From NCBI RefSeq assembly GCF_963921235.1, contig NC_086097.1:76634001-76698000 (forward strand): 64,000 bases of DNA, read 5' to 3'. The DNA comes from Mobula hypostoma (Eukaryota). This document shows, one piece after another, positions 38,182-50,915 of this stretch. The notes under the pieces were generated by a model, which was not told the origin of the DNA, did no database searches, and worked only from the letters and a program-made list of their open reading frames with translations. A program made the translations under genes and the position numbers. Each line of letters opens with the position of its first letter. The first letter of the stretch is position 1.

Positions 38182-41100
38182 CCATAAGACCAGAAGACAT
38201 AGGAGTAGAATTGGGCCATTCGGCTCATTGATTCTGCTCTGCCATTCTATCATGGCTGATCCTGGATCTCACTCACCCCATACACCTGCTTCCTCACCAT
38301 ATTGTTTGATGCCCTGACCGATCAGGAAACAATTAACTTCTGCCTTAAATATACTCACAGACTTGGTCTCCACTGCAATCTGTAGCAGAGCATTCCACAG
38401 ATTCACTACTATTTGGCTTGAAAAGTTCCTCCTTACCCCTGTTCCAAAAGGTGACTCCTCAATTTTGAGGTGGTGCCCTCTAGTTCTGGATACCCCCACC
38501 ATAGGGAGCATCCTCTCCACATCGACACTATCTAGTCCTTTCAACATAGGGTAGGTTTCAATGAGATCCCCATGCATTCTTCTAAATTCCAGTGAGTACA
38601 GGCCCAAAGCTGCCAAATGCTCCTCATATGCCCTTTCATTCCTAGAATCATCCTTGTGAACCTCCTGTGGACTCTCTCCAATGACAACTTTCTCCTTTCT
38701 GAGGTACGGGGCCCAAAACTGTTGACAATACTCCAAGTGCGGGCCTGACTAGTGTCTTATAAAGGCTCAGTATTATCTTCTTGCTTTTATATTCGATTCT
38801 CCTTGAAATAAATGCCAACATTGCATTTGGTTTCTTTATCACAGAGTCAACCTGTAAATTAACCTTCTGGGAGTATTGCACGAGGACTCTCAAGTCCCTC
38901 TGCACCTCTCATGTTTGTACCTGCTCCCTGTTTAGATAATAGTCTGCAATATTGTTCCTTTTACCAAAATGCAAAATCATACATTTCCCAACACTATTCC
39001 ATCTGTCACTTTTTTGCCCTTTCTTCCAATTTGTCTAAGTCCTACTGCAATTGCATTGCTTTCTCAGCACTACCTACCCCTCCACCTATCATCGTATCAT
39101 TTACAAACTTTGCCTCAAAGCCATCAATTCCATTATCCAAATAATTGGCAAACAATGTGAAAACTAAGTTCCCTGAGGAACACCACTAGACACTGGCAGC
39201 CAACCAGAAAAGGCCCCTTATATTTGAACTCGCTGCATTCTGTTTTTCAGCCATCCATGGCAGTATCTTCCCTGTAACACCATAAGATTTTATCTTGTTT
39301 AGCAGCCTCGTGTGACACCTTACCAAACACCTTCTGAAAATCCAAATAAGTGACATCCACTGCTTCTCCTTTGTCCACCCTACTTCTTTTTACCCCAAAG
39401 AACTCTAACAGATTTGTCAGGCAAGATTTCCCTTCCCAGAAACCATGCTGACTTTGACTTATTTTATCATTAGTCTCCTAGTATCCTGAATCTTCATCTT
39501 TAATAATAGACTCCTGTGTTGGCACGTGGCCAAGTGATTAACTCGTTCATCTAGTGATTTGAAGGTTGCCAGTTCGAGCCTTAGCTGAGGCAGCATGTGT
39601 GTCCTTGAGCAAGGCACTTAACCACACATTGCTCTGCGACAACACCGGTGCCAAGCTGTATGTGCCCTAGTGCCCTTCCCTTTGACAACATCGGTGGCGT
39701 GGAGAGGGGAGACTTGCAGCATGGGCAACTGTTGGTCTTCCATACAACCTTGCCCAGGCCTGGGCCCTGGAAACCTTCCAAGGCACAAATCCATGGTCTC
39801 ATGAGACTAACGGATGCCTAAGAAATAATAGACTCCAATGCTTTGCAATCTTCCAGTCCTCTAGGAATCAAGTGATTCTTGAAAGATCATGACCAATGTA
39901 TCCGTTATCTCTTCAGCAACCTCTCACAGGACTTTGGGATGTAGTCGATCTGGTCCAGGTGACTATCCACCTTAAGATATTGGAGTTTGCCTAGCATTTT
40001 TTTCTTTTGTAATAGCAATGGTACTCACTCCTACTCCCTGACACTAACTAACCTGTGGCATAATGCTAGTCACTTCCATAGTGAAGGCTGATACAAAGTA
40101 CCCATTAAGTTAATCTGCCATTTCTTTGTCCCCCGTTACTACTTCACCAGCAGCATCATTTTACCAGTGGTCCAATATCAACTCTCACTTCCCTCTTTAC
40201 CCTTTCTATAACGGAAAAAATGTTTGGTTTCCTGCTTTGTATTATTGGCTATTCTGCCCTTATATTCAATCTATTCCCTTCTTGTAGCTGTTTTAGTTGC
40301 CTTTTGTTGGATTTTAAAAGCTTCCCAATCATTCAACTTCCCACTCACTTTTGTTACCTTATGTGCCCTTTCCTTGGCTTTTATGCAGTCCTTAACTTCC
40401 CTTGTCAGCCATGGTTGCCTACCCCTGCCATTTGAGAACTTCTTCCTCTGTAGGACATATCTAACTCTGCTTTGTGAACTATTCCCAGAAACTTCAGCCA
40501 CCTCTGCTCTGCCATCATCCCCGCCAGTATCCTCCTCCAATCCACCTGGGCAAGCTCCTCTCTCATGCCTCTGTTATTCCCTTTATTCCATTGTGATACT
40601 GACATATGTGAGTTATGCTTCTCCCTCTCAAACTGCAGTATGAATTCAATCATATTATGGTCACTGCCTCCTAAGGGTTCCTTTATGTTAAGCTCCCTAA
40701 TAAGGTCTAGGTTATTACACAACACTGAATCTTATATAGCCTTTCCCCGAATAGGCTCAAGCACTCTCTGCTCTAAAAAGCCATCTTGTAGGCACTCAAC
40801 AAATTCCCTCTCTTGCAATCCAACACCAACCTGATTTTCTCAATCCCCTTGCATATTGAAGTCCTCTCTTACAACTGTGTCATTACCCTTATTTCATGCC
40901 TTTTCCAGCTCTCTTTGCAAACTCAAGCCCACATCTTGGCTACTACTTGGAGGCCTATATATTACTTTCATAATGGTTCTTTACCCTTGCAATTTCTTAA
41001 CTCCACCCAAAAAGATTCAACATTCTCTGAACCTATGTCACCTCCTTCTAAAGATTTAATTCCATCTCTTACCAACAGAGCCACAGCACTGCCTATGCCT

Positions 41101-41455
41101 TCCTACCTGTCTTTGATGCAAAATATATCCTTTGATGTTAAGCTCCCAACTATGACCTTCGTTCAGTCATGACTCAGTGATGCCCACAACACCATACTGA
41201 CCAATCTCTAATTGTGCCACGAGTTCGTCCACCTTATTCCGAATGCTACATGTATTTAAATACAGCACCTTCAATCCTGCATTCTTTGCCCTTTTGATTT
41301 TGGCCTCTGTGGTACAATTTAACTCTTTGCTCTGTCTGCATTTGTACCCAATCATTGGCTTCTCCTTCCTTACGTTCATGTTACACCCATCATCTACCAG
41401 TACTTGCAAACATGCTGGCTGATCCTCAGGTTCCCATTTTCTTGCCATATTAATT
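38182..41455 (-). mobile_element. CR1 LINE ORF2 region, degenerate, with nested SINE
   Basis: LYLNTCSIRNKVDEL..GITE, GGSDHN, EYCQQFWAPY, TRGHHLK motifs; tail ccataagaccagaagacatagg. Confidence 0.93.
39515..39823 (+). mobile_element. tRNA-derived SINE inserted in CR1
   Basis: A box tggccaagtga and B box gttcgagcc; 13-bp TSD aataatagactcc at 39502-39514 and 39824-39836. Confidence 0.88.
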
Positions 41456-42079
41456 TAGACCAGTCTTTTTCTATTCTTTCATAACTTTAAAGACCTCTGT
41501 GATCACCCATTCGGATCCCTTTGAGAAAACTAATTCATATTTGAGGAAAATGACATGACCTCACAGTATCCTTGTAAATCTGTTTGCATGCTCTAACCTT
41601 GCTATGTTATGGTGATCAGAAGTGCAAAATTAAGATGCAATATTAGATTGGGCACTGCAGTCACTGGGTGTAAATGCAACAGCAATAACCTGTGCCTGAA
41701 TAGTTTTGATATGTTAGAACATCCCTTGATATTTAACAGCAGCATATTGAAGGTGGAGAAATAATCTAGAACTGTGGAATGTAGAGAACAATCTTAAAGA
41801 GTGGTGTGTACAATTAAATTGTAAGCTTCAAATAAGAAATGGTGTGAAGTAACATTGGTGGGTAGGTTTGTAAAGCAATTAAACCACAGCGAGGGAAGGG
41901 AAGGATACGCCTGTGTTTTCAAAATCTTTGCTATCAGATGTAATAATCAAATAACATGAGAAAAATTATTAACTATGAGGATATAGTAGAGTAGAGCTAC
42001 TAGGACTTGATGTTTCAATCCCTATGATAAGTTGGCACTCTCGATGTTGGCAGTGGGCTTGAAGTGGTGACAAGGAGGG

Positions 42080-42428
42080 TAGGTACCTCTCTGAGTTGTC
42101 AGGTGGGCACCCTCTTTCTTTGACATTTCATTGATAAGCCCACGACATCTCCAGAGGGCTCAACGGTGCTACCTGGCATTCCAGATACACCCCCCTCAGT
42201 TCTATACCCTCCTGTCTTCATCTTGCAGCCCAGTTGTCTTTCCTTTTAATCCAAATCCAATTGCTGCTTTCTTCTGCTGCATTTGACAAGGACTTGATTG
42301 CTTGTTGGAGGGAGTGACCCTCATCCGCATCTTCTTCAACAGACTGGTTGTAGATGTAGCAATGAATCCCCTGCATCCCACTTCTACAGGGAAAATCTTG
42401 GTCTTCCAGCCGTTCTGGGCAGCTTCAT
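42080..42428 (-). mobile_element. HERO-like (restriction-like endonuclease) non-LTR retrotransposon 3' fragment
   Basis: Minus strand EAAQNGWKTKIFPVEVGCRGFIATST..LL, then after a frameshift QAIKSLSNAAEESSNWIWIKRKD. Confidence 0.75.
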
Positions 42429-43533
42429 TCCTAAGAAACCATCTTTGTGAGTTGTAGTGAAATTTGTCCTCAATCCATCACAGAATTAGCATAAAGGAAG
42501 TGGTTTAACTTAGGACTGGAATCTCTATTTCTCATTTGGTACATAAGGGATTATTTCCCAGCTATATGTTCTACATATGGTAAAGTTAGGTTATAGTTAT
42601 CTTTAGGTACAATTTTATCTTCAGGTATTCTATTGGATCATTACGTCTGTTGCATGTTGGACTGAATCATGATGACAGCTGACCCACATGGCCATGGAGA
42701 ATGGATGGCACTTTGAGATGACTTCACTTGCGTACAGAAAAATATGGCTGTTGTCCTGCAAATCTCAAAAGAGTGCTGAAATTATAAGTTGAAGCAAGAT
42801 CAATTCTGAAACCATTTTGGTAATGTAGAAACTTGATAACACTGAACAAACTCTCTCGTGTATTACATAGGAGCAGAAATAGGTGCATTGCTCCTTCCCT
42901 TTGAGACTAATCCACCATTATATATGATTTAACGCTTCCCTTAAGCCAGGCACTTCTGATATTTTATCTTAATTTAACTTGATGTTGCACAAAAACTATT
43001 TAAATCAACCATCTGAAACAGTGAAACAACTATAGTCACTAAAATACTATTAATAGTAATTGAGATTGTTGCGGTACAATTATACACTTCTCAAATATTG
43101 CAAAACTTCTACCTGGCTTCTGCTAGAAAGAAGTATCAACAATGCCTCAGCTTTTTTGATTATTTCCTCTACCCACCCATGATAGTTCATTGAATTCTGC
43201 ATATGCTCACCCATGTCACTGTGGACCTTCACTGCTTCTGCCTTTCAATGGGAAAGTAATAGAAGAAACTGAATAGCTCCAAACAATTAGTAAATCAAAA
43301 GGTGCTAGTTTGGTTGGCATTACAGTTAGCTACTGTGGTGATCAGATTTGACACTTCCTAAAATTCTGGAGTAAATCCTGACTCTTACACAATTGTGATC
43401 CTTAAATCAATTATGGGTCCTTTTTATTTTCATTTTGATCTCTGCATTTTAATCATCTCTCACTGCATAGGACATGATTGTTTATATCAAAATATTCATA
43501 TCTTTGAAAACGCGGTTGCTGGTTTGCTTACAA

Positions 43534-43800
43534 AGGTGGCACAGTGGTTAGTATGCTTGCTGTACAACTGCAGCAACTCAAGTTTGATCCTAGGTTCCAG
43601 CGCTGTCTGTGTGGAGTTTGCATGTTCTGTCAGTGACCATGTGGCTTCTTCCCAGATACTCTGGCTTTGACCATTGTACTGAATATCTGCTGGCAGATCA
43701 GTTGGCTCCTAACATAGAGGATGATGAGAGGATTAGGGTAGTTGATGATGTGATAGAGAATGGATCACTGGGAAATAAGTAAGGGAATGCTGGGATTGCT
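43534..43800 (+). mobile_element. V-SINE / HE1-like tRNA SINE
   Basis: ggtggcacagtggttag head, B-box-like gtttgatcc, V-domain gtgtggagtttgcatgttct. Confidence 0.7.
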
Positions 43801-44269
43801 TTGAGAGCTGTCCTCATGAAGAGAACTGGCTGTTTCCTGCATTCCCCTTCCGGGGTGAACTTTTCTCTCACTGTGCAAGGGCATTGTACGGTAATCATTG
43901 CATTCCACAGCCATCTCATTGGAGCTACAGCCTGTAACTCTGATCCATCTTGTTTACTGTTTCATGACCTCTTGCTACCTATCTAGTACAGCGGTCTACT
44001 GATCTGTCTGAGCAGGGCCAGCTTTCCCCAATGTGTGAACACATTCTGATCTTTTGATCTCTCCATCTGATCTTTTCAAAAACATGGTTTCTCAATCTAA
44101 GTGGCTTGATCTGATCTATGACCATGTCCACTGGTGCATTCTCAAGACCCATAGTTATAATGGGCAAATGGGCCCAATTCTCTTCTAGGGAACCAGCAGT
44201 TCACTTCCCTCACACTCAAACAATTCTTTTTCTACATAAGGCCAACAGCATTTTCTTCTGGAGACATGA

Positions 44270-44450
44270 GCCACAGCAGATGCTGGAATCTAGAGCAACA
44301 AAAGACCTGCTGAAGGAACTCTGTGGGTCGAGTGAGGAAAGGAATTGTTGACATTTCAGGTCAAAAACTGATGCAGGGTTTTGAACCAAAATGTTGATAA
44401 TTCCTTTCCTCCCACAGATGCTGATTAACCAGCAGAGTTCCTCCATCAAA
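44270..44450. mobile_element. Diverged fold-back PLE terminus
   Basis: Inverted arms aggaaaggaattgttgacatt / aatgttgataattcctttcct and ggaactctg / cagagttcc around a decayed hammerhead (ctgatgcagggttttgaaccaaaatgtt). Confidence 0.7.
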
Positions 44451-47021
44451 TCAATTGTTGCACTATTTTCTTCTGTCTTAATGGAAAATCATTGAGGTAT
44501 TTCAGTTTCACCAACAGGCTTAGAACAGATTGACTTTGTCACTGTATCTCTGCATACATATACAGATACTTTCTCAATTCATAGGTAGCCTTAAATCTAT
44601 TCAATAACCTCAGATATGTGATAGATGCCATTAAGCACTCCTGATTCTACTTCCTCCTGACCTTCTATACAGTACTCATAACCTCATGTCTCTGTTTTTG
44701 AGCTGTACAGGGGCCAACAACTTTATCGGCAGTTGCTTTCTTCAGGGACTTGCACCTCCGCATGCTGTATGCCCTACCCCCTGAAGACAGGTACACCGTG
44801 CCAGTTAGAATGGGTATTCTGAGACTGGTGGTTCCCACAACATACTTGCCAAAGCCTCTGGGATTTTGAATCCAAGTGATTCTCAATCTTCCCACTTGTG
44901 TTCATGTTTTTTTTTACCAGATCTATCTGGAGTACCATGTGACTTGTTGCACCGAAGAACACTATATTTCTGTTACCATCTTTGCCAGCTTGTTTCCTGC
45001 CTATACCTCACAAAAAGTATCCAGAAAAACTGTCCTCACATTTTTAAGTGTCATTTCCATCCTGGTGCCTGCATTATATGTTTTCTTAAAAGTGAAGTCC
45101 ATCATATTAAGCTGTTTGCTTATATTCACCCATTCACCATTCTGCATGCCAAGTGATCCAGCAGTATCAATATTAACTATGAGGATTACACCTTTTTTCT
45201 GGTGCCTTTCCTCTGCCCATTTAATTCTTTTATTTTTCCGGATGCACGTTGTAAACAGAGCTCCTAGAAATCTCCAGCATTTGATTAAATTATTTTTGTC
45301 AAGGTTTCACTATTTTCTCCTGAGGCCTGATAGCTGGTTTGTGACACCACTTTGTTTCTGATCCTACTACCATCAACAATATTGCCTTTTATTTTCTCAT
45401 ACTTGTGTATTTGTTTCTATTATGTGTCCTCTCCAAGGACGTCGACAGAATAGTTCACCCACAGGATTGCTCGTCCACTGGCTCTCCCAGAAAGAGTGAA
45501 TAGCTGAGCACGCATGTATCCTTTGAGCCTGCCATTATATCTGACATATTCACTGCTGCTGTTCTGCTATTATTACTGGCATAGTCCTGCCTGCTGTTCA
45601 GCTACTCTATCTGACACATCCACTGCCTGCTGTCATCACTGCTGCACCCTGCCTTCTACTTCCTGCACACTCAGTCACTCTTCTGTGATCTCTTCAAGCT
45701 GCAGCATCTTCTTGTGATGCTTGTTGGCTCTTTTATGTTGTCACTTGCATAATCAAATAAACAGGAAGATATATCAAAAGAACATGATTTTCAACGAGCA
45801 TGACTTTCAAATAAGCAGCAAATTGTCATGCAATGACCAACATCATACCATGTGATGTACTAGCATTTTAAAGATACACGTCTGTTGAGATGAAATTATC
45901 TTGAAAGTGGAATTGCAAAAAGGCATCTTTTGTACATGATTATGCAGTGTAATGAACTTCAGGTCTGGGGACGGACTCTTTGTGGAATTCATCACTGAAT
46001 GCTATTTGCCTGCATTTATTGTTTGCATGATTTTTTCGCTCTGCACTTTGAGTGTTTGATGGTCTTTTTTTAATGGGTTCTTTTGGGTTTCTTTGTTTTG
46101 TGGCTGCCTGTTAGGAGACAAATCTCAAGGCTGTATAATGTATACATACTTTGATTGTAAATATACTTCGAACTTTAATTACTTTAATAAGTTTCATTCA
46201 GGAATGCAACAGATTTATTTTCAATTTTCCAGATTGAAATAAAGATACTTTGAGGCGATATTCTGATCCAGAAGAAAGTTGGAATTATTTTCTGTGCCAA
46301 GATATAATCTTAACAGTTGAGATCATAACATATTTAGATCTCTCGAGTTACTGTCAAAGTAACTCTCAGATCACCAATGTATCACTGTCTCACTGCACCT
46401 GTTTTTAATAGCTAAAGTCATTTGTCAATGTAAGGAATGTTTACGGTAAAGGTGGCTAATTTCTAAGAATTCTGGGTTCTTAAAAGAGCATGGGTTTTAA
46501 AAAAAAACTTGCATTTTTTGCATAAAAATGAGGAATTTGTTGTTTTGCTTTGTGCCACATAAATGATAGATGGAGCATAACTTTAATTTTCCAGGAGACT
46601 GTTTAGGCCTGCAGTTTAGATTGGCTCAACATGTGAAAGCAAGTAAATGGATGCAGCAAACCCTTAGCTCTAAACATAGCCTGTATTAAGAATCGTCAAC
46701 TGTTGGTGTTCATGTTTCAGTAAAAGAAAGTGCCAACGATTAACAAGATCAGCTTACAGCAAAATTTATGGCATCCAGAATTTGAACTTACTGTATCTCG
46801 GATCTGTTATTTTAATACATTTATGCAAATATACACCTTTGGAAATGTAGCCTTTTTCACCAGGGCTTGGGTGACTATTGGCTTTCTCTGCACATTGTTG
46901 GTGAGTAGAGTAGCACAGTGGCAGAGTCAGGAATGCAGCTGACTCTGGATTCCAGATTTGTAACTCGGCTAAATATTTTAGGCCATGTGTTATGGCCTAA
47001 ACTGGAGAAAATCCACGCATT

Positions 47022-47327
47022 GATGAGTTATTAACTTCAAACTTTCTGCATGATCCTCAAAGAGTTGAACTGCATGTGCATGTAGCGAGAGCTGTATAAC
47101 TCATCTCCTTCTACCTTAGGCCACAAACTTATCAATCACCCCTGCTGTGGACCACTTTCTGGAGGTCCAAGACGCTGACTTCTACAAAGAAGGGATCCGT
47201 ATGCTCCACGACCGCTGGACTAATTGTGTAAATGTAGGAGGGGACTGTGTTGAAAAATAAATGTGCTAGGTTTTCTAAAACTGACTCATTCTACCTTAGG
47301 TCACAAACTTATCAATCACCCCTCGTA
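47022..47327 (+). mobile_element. Mariner remnant: mini-MITE plus transposase C-terminus and right TIR
   Basis: 47144-47260 encodes AVDHFLEVQDADFYKEGIRMLHDRWTNCVNVGGDCVEK*; 35-bp TIR-like block at 47109-47143 and 47289-47323; ends cg-TA. Confidence 0.85.
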
Positions 47328-48164
47328 TAATGTGGAGAAGTATAAAGTTTCCACCTTGGAAATGGAAAGGTGGTTATAATTTTTCTCTTCAAATATGATA
47401 ACAGTGTAACAGTAGATAGAGAAATCTGGGTAAATCAAAGAAAATTGACATGCCTACATAAAAATATAACATCAATATGTTAGCTTTTATTGCGATGAGC
47501 TGGCTATTTCCCTTGAGTCCAGGACCTAGATCCAAGGGTCATGTCACAGGATATAAGATCAGCCACTTACAAATAAGAGGAGGAAGTATTTCTTAACTCA
47601 ATGATTGGGAACTGTTGAAATTTTCTGACAATGATTTGGATGTTGGAATAATGTGCAATATAAGGACTGTGATTGACGTGCATTTGGCCATTAAGGGAAG
47701 GAGACAGTGTGGGATATCGGGATTATTCTGCAGTGATCTTATGAAATGATGAAGTAGCCTCAAGTGGCGTATTAATGCTCATATTTCTTATGCATCTGTC
47801 ATTGGTAAGGTTATTAATTTAAAAATATTGCTTTAATGTGTGCTTTAGCTATGAGTTTTATGTTACTTTATAAAAACTTAAGTACTGTTGCTGCTTAGAT
47901 TCTGAAATAGGAAACAAATAATAGTTGTTTGGAAATAGCTATTATACCTCGAGAGAAAAGAATTTAAGGTCAACAGCCTTTCATTGGAACTAGAAAGATT
48001 AGAGATATAATAGATTTTAAAGAAGTACAGTGGAGGAAAGAGGAAGCAAGTTGGAAAGAGTGAATCAGAAGATCTGTGGTAGGGTAATATCCAATGTCTG
48101 CCATCTGCAATTGCAAGATCCAGTACTCGAGCAGAACCTTTGTTTAAGTCATCAGTAAGTTTAC

Positions 48165-48530
48165 TTGCTAAGAAGGTTAATGATGTTTGGCTTGTCACTG
48201 AACACTCCAGCAAACTTCTATAGATTGTACTGTTGAAAGTATACTGACTGGCTGTGTCATAATCTGGTATGGAAATTTGGATGCACAGGAACACAAGAAG
48301 CTGCAGAGAGTAATGGACTCTACCCAATACATCAAGGGCAAATCCCTTCCCACCATTGGCAGTATTTATAGGAGACACTTCTTCAAGAAGGCAATATTCA
48401 TAATCAGAGATCCCAACCATTTGGGCCAAACCGTCTTTCTGCAGCTACCATCTGGAAGGAGGTACAGAATCCTGAAGTCCCACAAGTTTCAAGAACAGCT
48501 ACTTCCCTTCAAACAATCAGTTCTTGAACA
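48165..48530 (+). mobile_element. Rex1/Babar LINE 3' fragment
   Basis: ESILTGC..WYG, LQRV, IIRDPNH, LPSGRRYR motifs. Confidence 0.82.
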
Positions 48531-48645
48531 AGTGGCAAAACTAACAACACTATGGTCATGTTACACTAAAATGGCCTTTGTTTTTATTTGATATAATTGT
48601 GTCTTTTCTCAATAAAATTATGTATAATTTATGTTAATTATGCAC

Positions 48646-48935
48646 CAGGGTACCATAATGGTTAGCATGACGCTATTTCAGGTCTGGGCGTTGGAGTTCA
48701 GAGTTCACTCTGACTGCCTCTGTAAGAAGTCTGTACATTCTCCCCATAGAATGCGTGGATTTTCGCTGGGTGCTCTGGTTTCCTCCCATAGTCCAAAGAT
48801 GTACCGGCTCAATAGAATAACTGGTCATTGTAAGTTGTCCCATGATTAAGTCAGAGTTAAACTGGGGGTTGTTGAGAGCTGCTGTACTCTGTGACACGAG
48901 GGGCTGGACGGCCTATTCCATGCTGCATCTCTGAA
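48646..48935 (+). mobile_element. V-SINE-like element
   Basis: ggtgctctggtttcctcccatagtccaaagatgt V-domain block. Confidence 0.7.
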
Positions 48936-49139
48936 TCAATTATTTGTATTTCTCTTGTTAAAGCTGCTTATAAGAAGCTATGTGTTTGCACCTGTATGTA
49001 CATGCACTTGTGCATTTAACATAAATTCAACTTTAACTTTGTAAAGAAATAATGAGAAATGTACTTGCACTGATAACTTTCTGAGATTAGCTGCTGTGGT
49101 GAAAACTGACTCAGAAGTCTTTCCGATCCTGATATATAG

Positions 49140-49945
49140 TTCAAAGTAAGTTTATTATGAAAGTACATATATATCACCATGTACAACTGAGAAATTCAGT
49201 TTCTTATAGGCACGCTCAGTAAATCCTAGAAACATACTAGAATCAGTGAAGGACTGCATCCAACAGGATGGACAAACAGCTAATGTGCAAAAGACAACAA
49301 ACTGTGCAAATACAAAAAAAAGTAATAAATATCAAGAACATGAGACCAAGAGTCCTTGAATGTGAGTCCATAGGTTGTGGGAGCAGCTCAGTGATGCAGG
49401 GGAGGGGGCAGGGCGTGAGTGAAGTTGAATGAAATTATCCCCACAAGTTCAAGAGCCTGATGGTTGAGGGGTAATAACTGCTCCTGAACCTGGCAGTGTG
49501 GGTCCTGAGGCTCTTGTACCTTCTGAAGGCACCAGTGAGAAGAGGGTATGGTCTGGATGATGGGGGTCCCTGATGATCAGTGTTGCTTTCCTGCGACAGT
49601 GCTCCGTGTAGATGTGCTGAATGATGGAGAGGGCTTTACCCGTGACGGATTGGGCCAAATCCACACTTTTTGTAGGATTTTTCGTTCAAGGGCATTGGTG
49701 TTTCTAAACCAGGCTGTGATGCAACCAGTCAATACACTCTCCACCACACATCTATAGACATATGTCAAAGTTTTAGATGTCGTGCTGAACATTCAGAAAC
49801 TTCTAAGGAAGTCGAGGTGGTGCCGTATTTATTATTATTGTGGCACTTACATGCTGGGCCCAGGATAGGTCCTCTGAAATGATAACACTGAGGAATTTAA
49901 TGTTGCTGACCCTCTTCACCTCTGATCTCATGATGAGGACTGGCT
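49140..49945 (-). mobile_element. Rex1/Babar LINE 3' fragment with 3'UTR
   Basis: YRCVVESVLTGCITAWF and IIRDPHHPDH motifs (ORFs 49449, 49577). Confidence 0.85.
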
Positions 49946-50204
49946 ACTGGTGACTTTCACTTCAACACTAAATGTGCTTTTGCTAGAGGTACTCCAATGC
50001 ACATAGAGCATTGGAATTTATCAGTGTGCACTATCGTCTCCATATGAACCATAACGACATGCTGGGGGTTGCTTACAAAACTTCTAAGTGCATATACAGT
50101 ATCTCTTTTGAATTACTCACTGCATTCTGCAGTATGTAATTTCCCTTTAAGTAATGCACTACTTTGGAACTGTCTTAATGAATTGGTGATTTCACAATAA
50201 GGTT

Positions 50205-50667
50205 AATTCCCAGGATGGCGGGACTGTCATATGTTGAAAGGTTGGAGTATACACTGTATACACTGGAATTTAGAAGGATGAGAGGGGATCTGATTGAAAC
50301 ATATAAGATTATTAAGGGATTGGACACGCTGGAGGCAGGAAGCATGTTCCCGCTAGTAGGTGAGTCCAGAACCAGAGGCTACAGTTTAAGAATAAGGGGT
50401 AGGCCATTTAGAACGGAGCTGAGGAAAAAATTTCACCCAGAGAGTGGTGGATATATGGAATGCTCTGCCCCAGAAGGCAGTGGAGGCCAAGTCTCTGGAT
50501 GTTTTCAAGAAAGAGATGGACAGAGCTCTTAAAGATAGCGGAATCAAAGGTTATGGGGATAAGGCAGGAACTGGATACTGATTGTGGATGATCAGCCATG
50601 ATCACAGTGAATGGTGGTGCTGGCTTGAAGGGCCGAATGGCCTATCCTGCACCTATTGTCTATTGTC
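50205..50667 (+). mobile_element. CR1 3' fragment
   Basis: GLSYVERL..LEFRRMRGDLIETYKI..TRGYSL; tail ctattgtctattgt. Confidence 0.9.
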
Positions 50668-50689
50668 TTCTGAAGGACTAGATGGAATT

Positions 50690-50915
50690 AACTCTCAGGC
50701 ATGCAGGTATGGCACCTTTAAATGGATAAAGGGTCATTGCCATAGCCATAAGAGAGCGAAGGGGAGTGGACTCCAGGCCAGGCTGAAATGCAGAGGGATG
50801 AGCCAATCTCAACCCAGCATCTTGTTAGTAAATGTGCAGTGGCTGGAGAACAAGACTGTGGATCTAAGGGCAAGACTGCTGTATTGGAAGGAAATGAGGA
50901 ATTGCTGCCTTCTGT
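50690..50915 (+). mobile_element. Rex1-type endonuclease N-terminal fragment
   Basis: PSILLVNVQWLENKTVDLRARL...MRNCCLLC motif. Confidence 0.7.

Noticed and set aside
39520..39590. tRNA gene
   Set aside because: The A/B boxes belong to a TSD-flanked SINE head; no convincing cloverleaf.
44876..45361. 161-aa hydrophobic ORF
   Set aside because: T-rich compositional ORF with a non-ATG start, no motif and no splice support.
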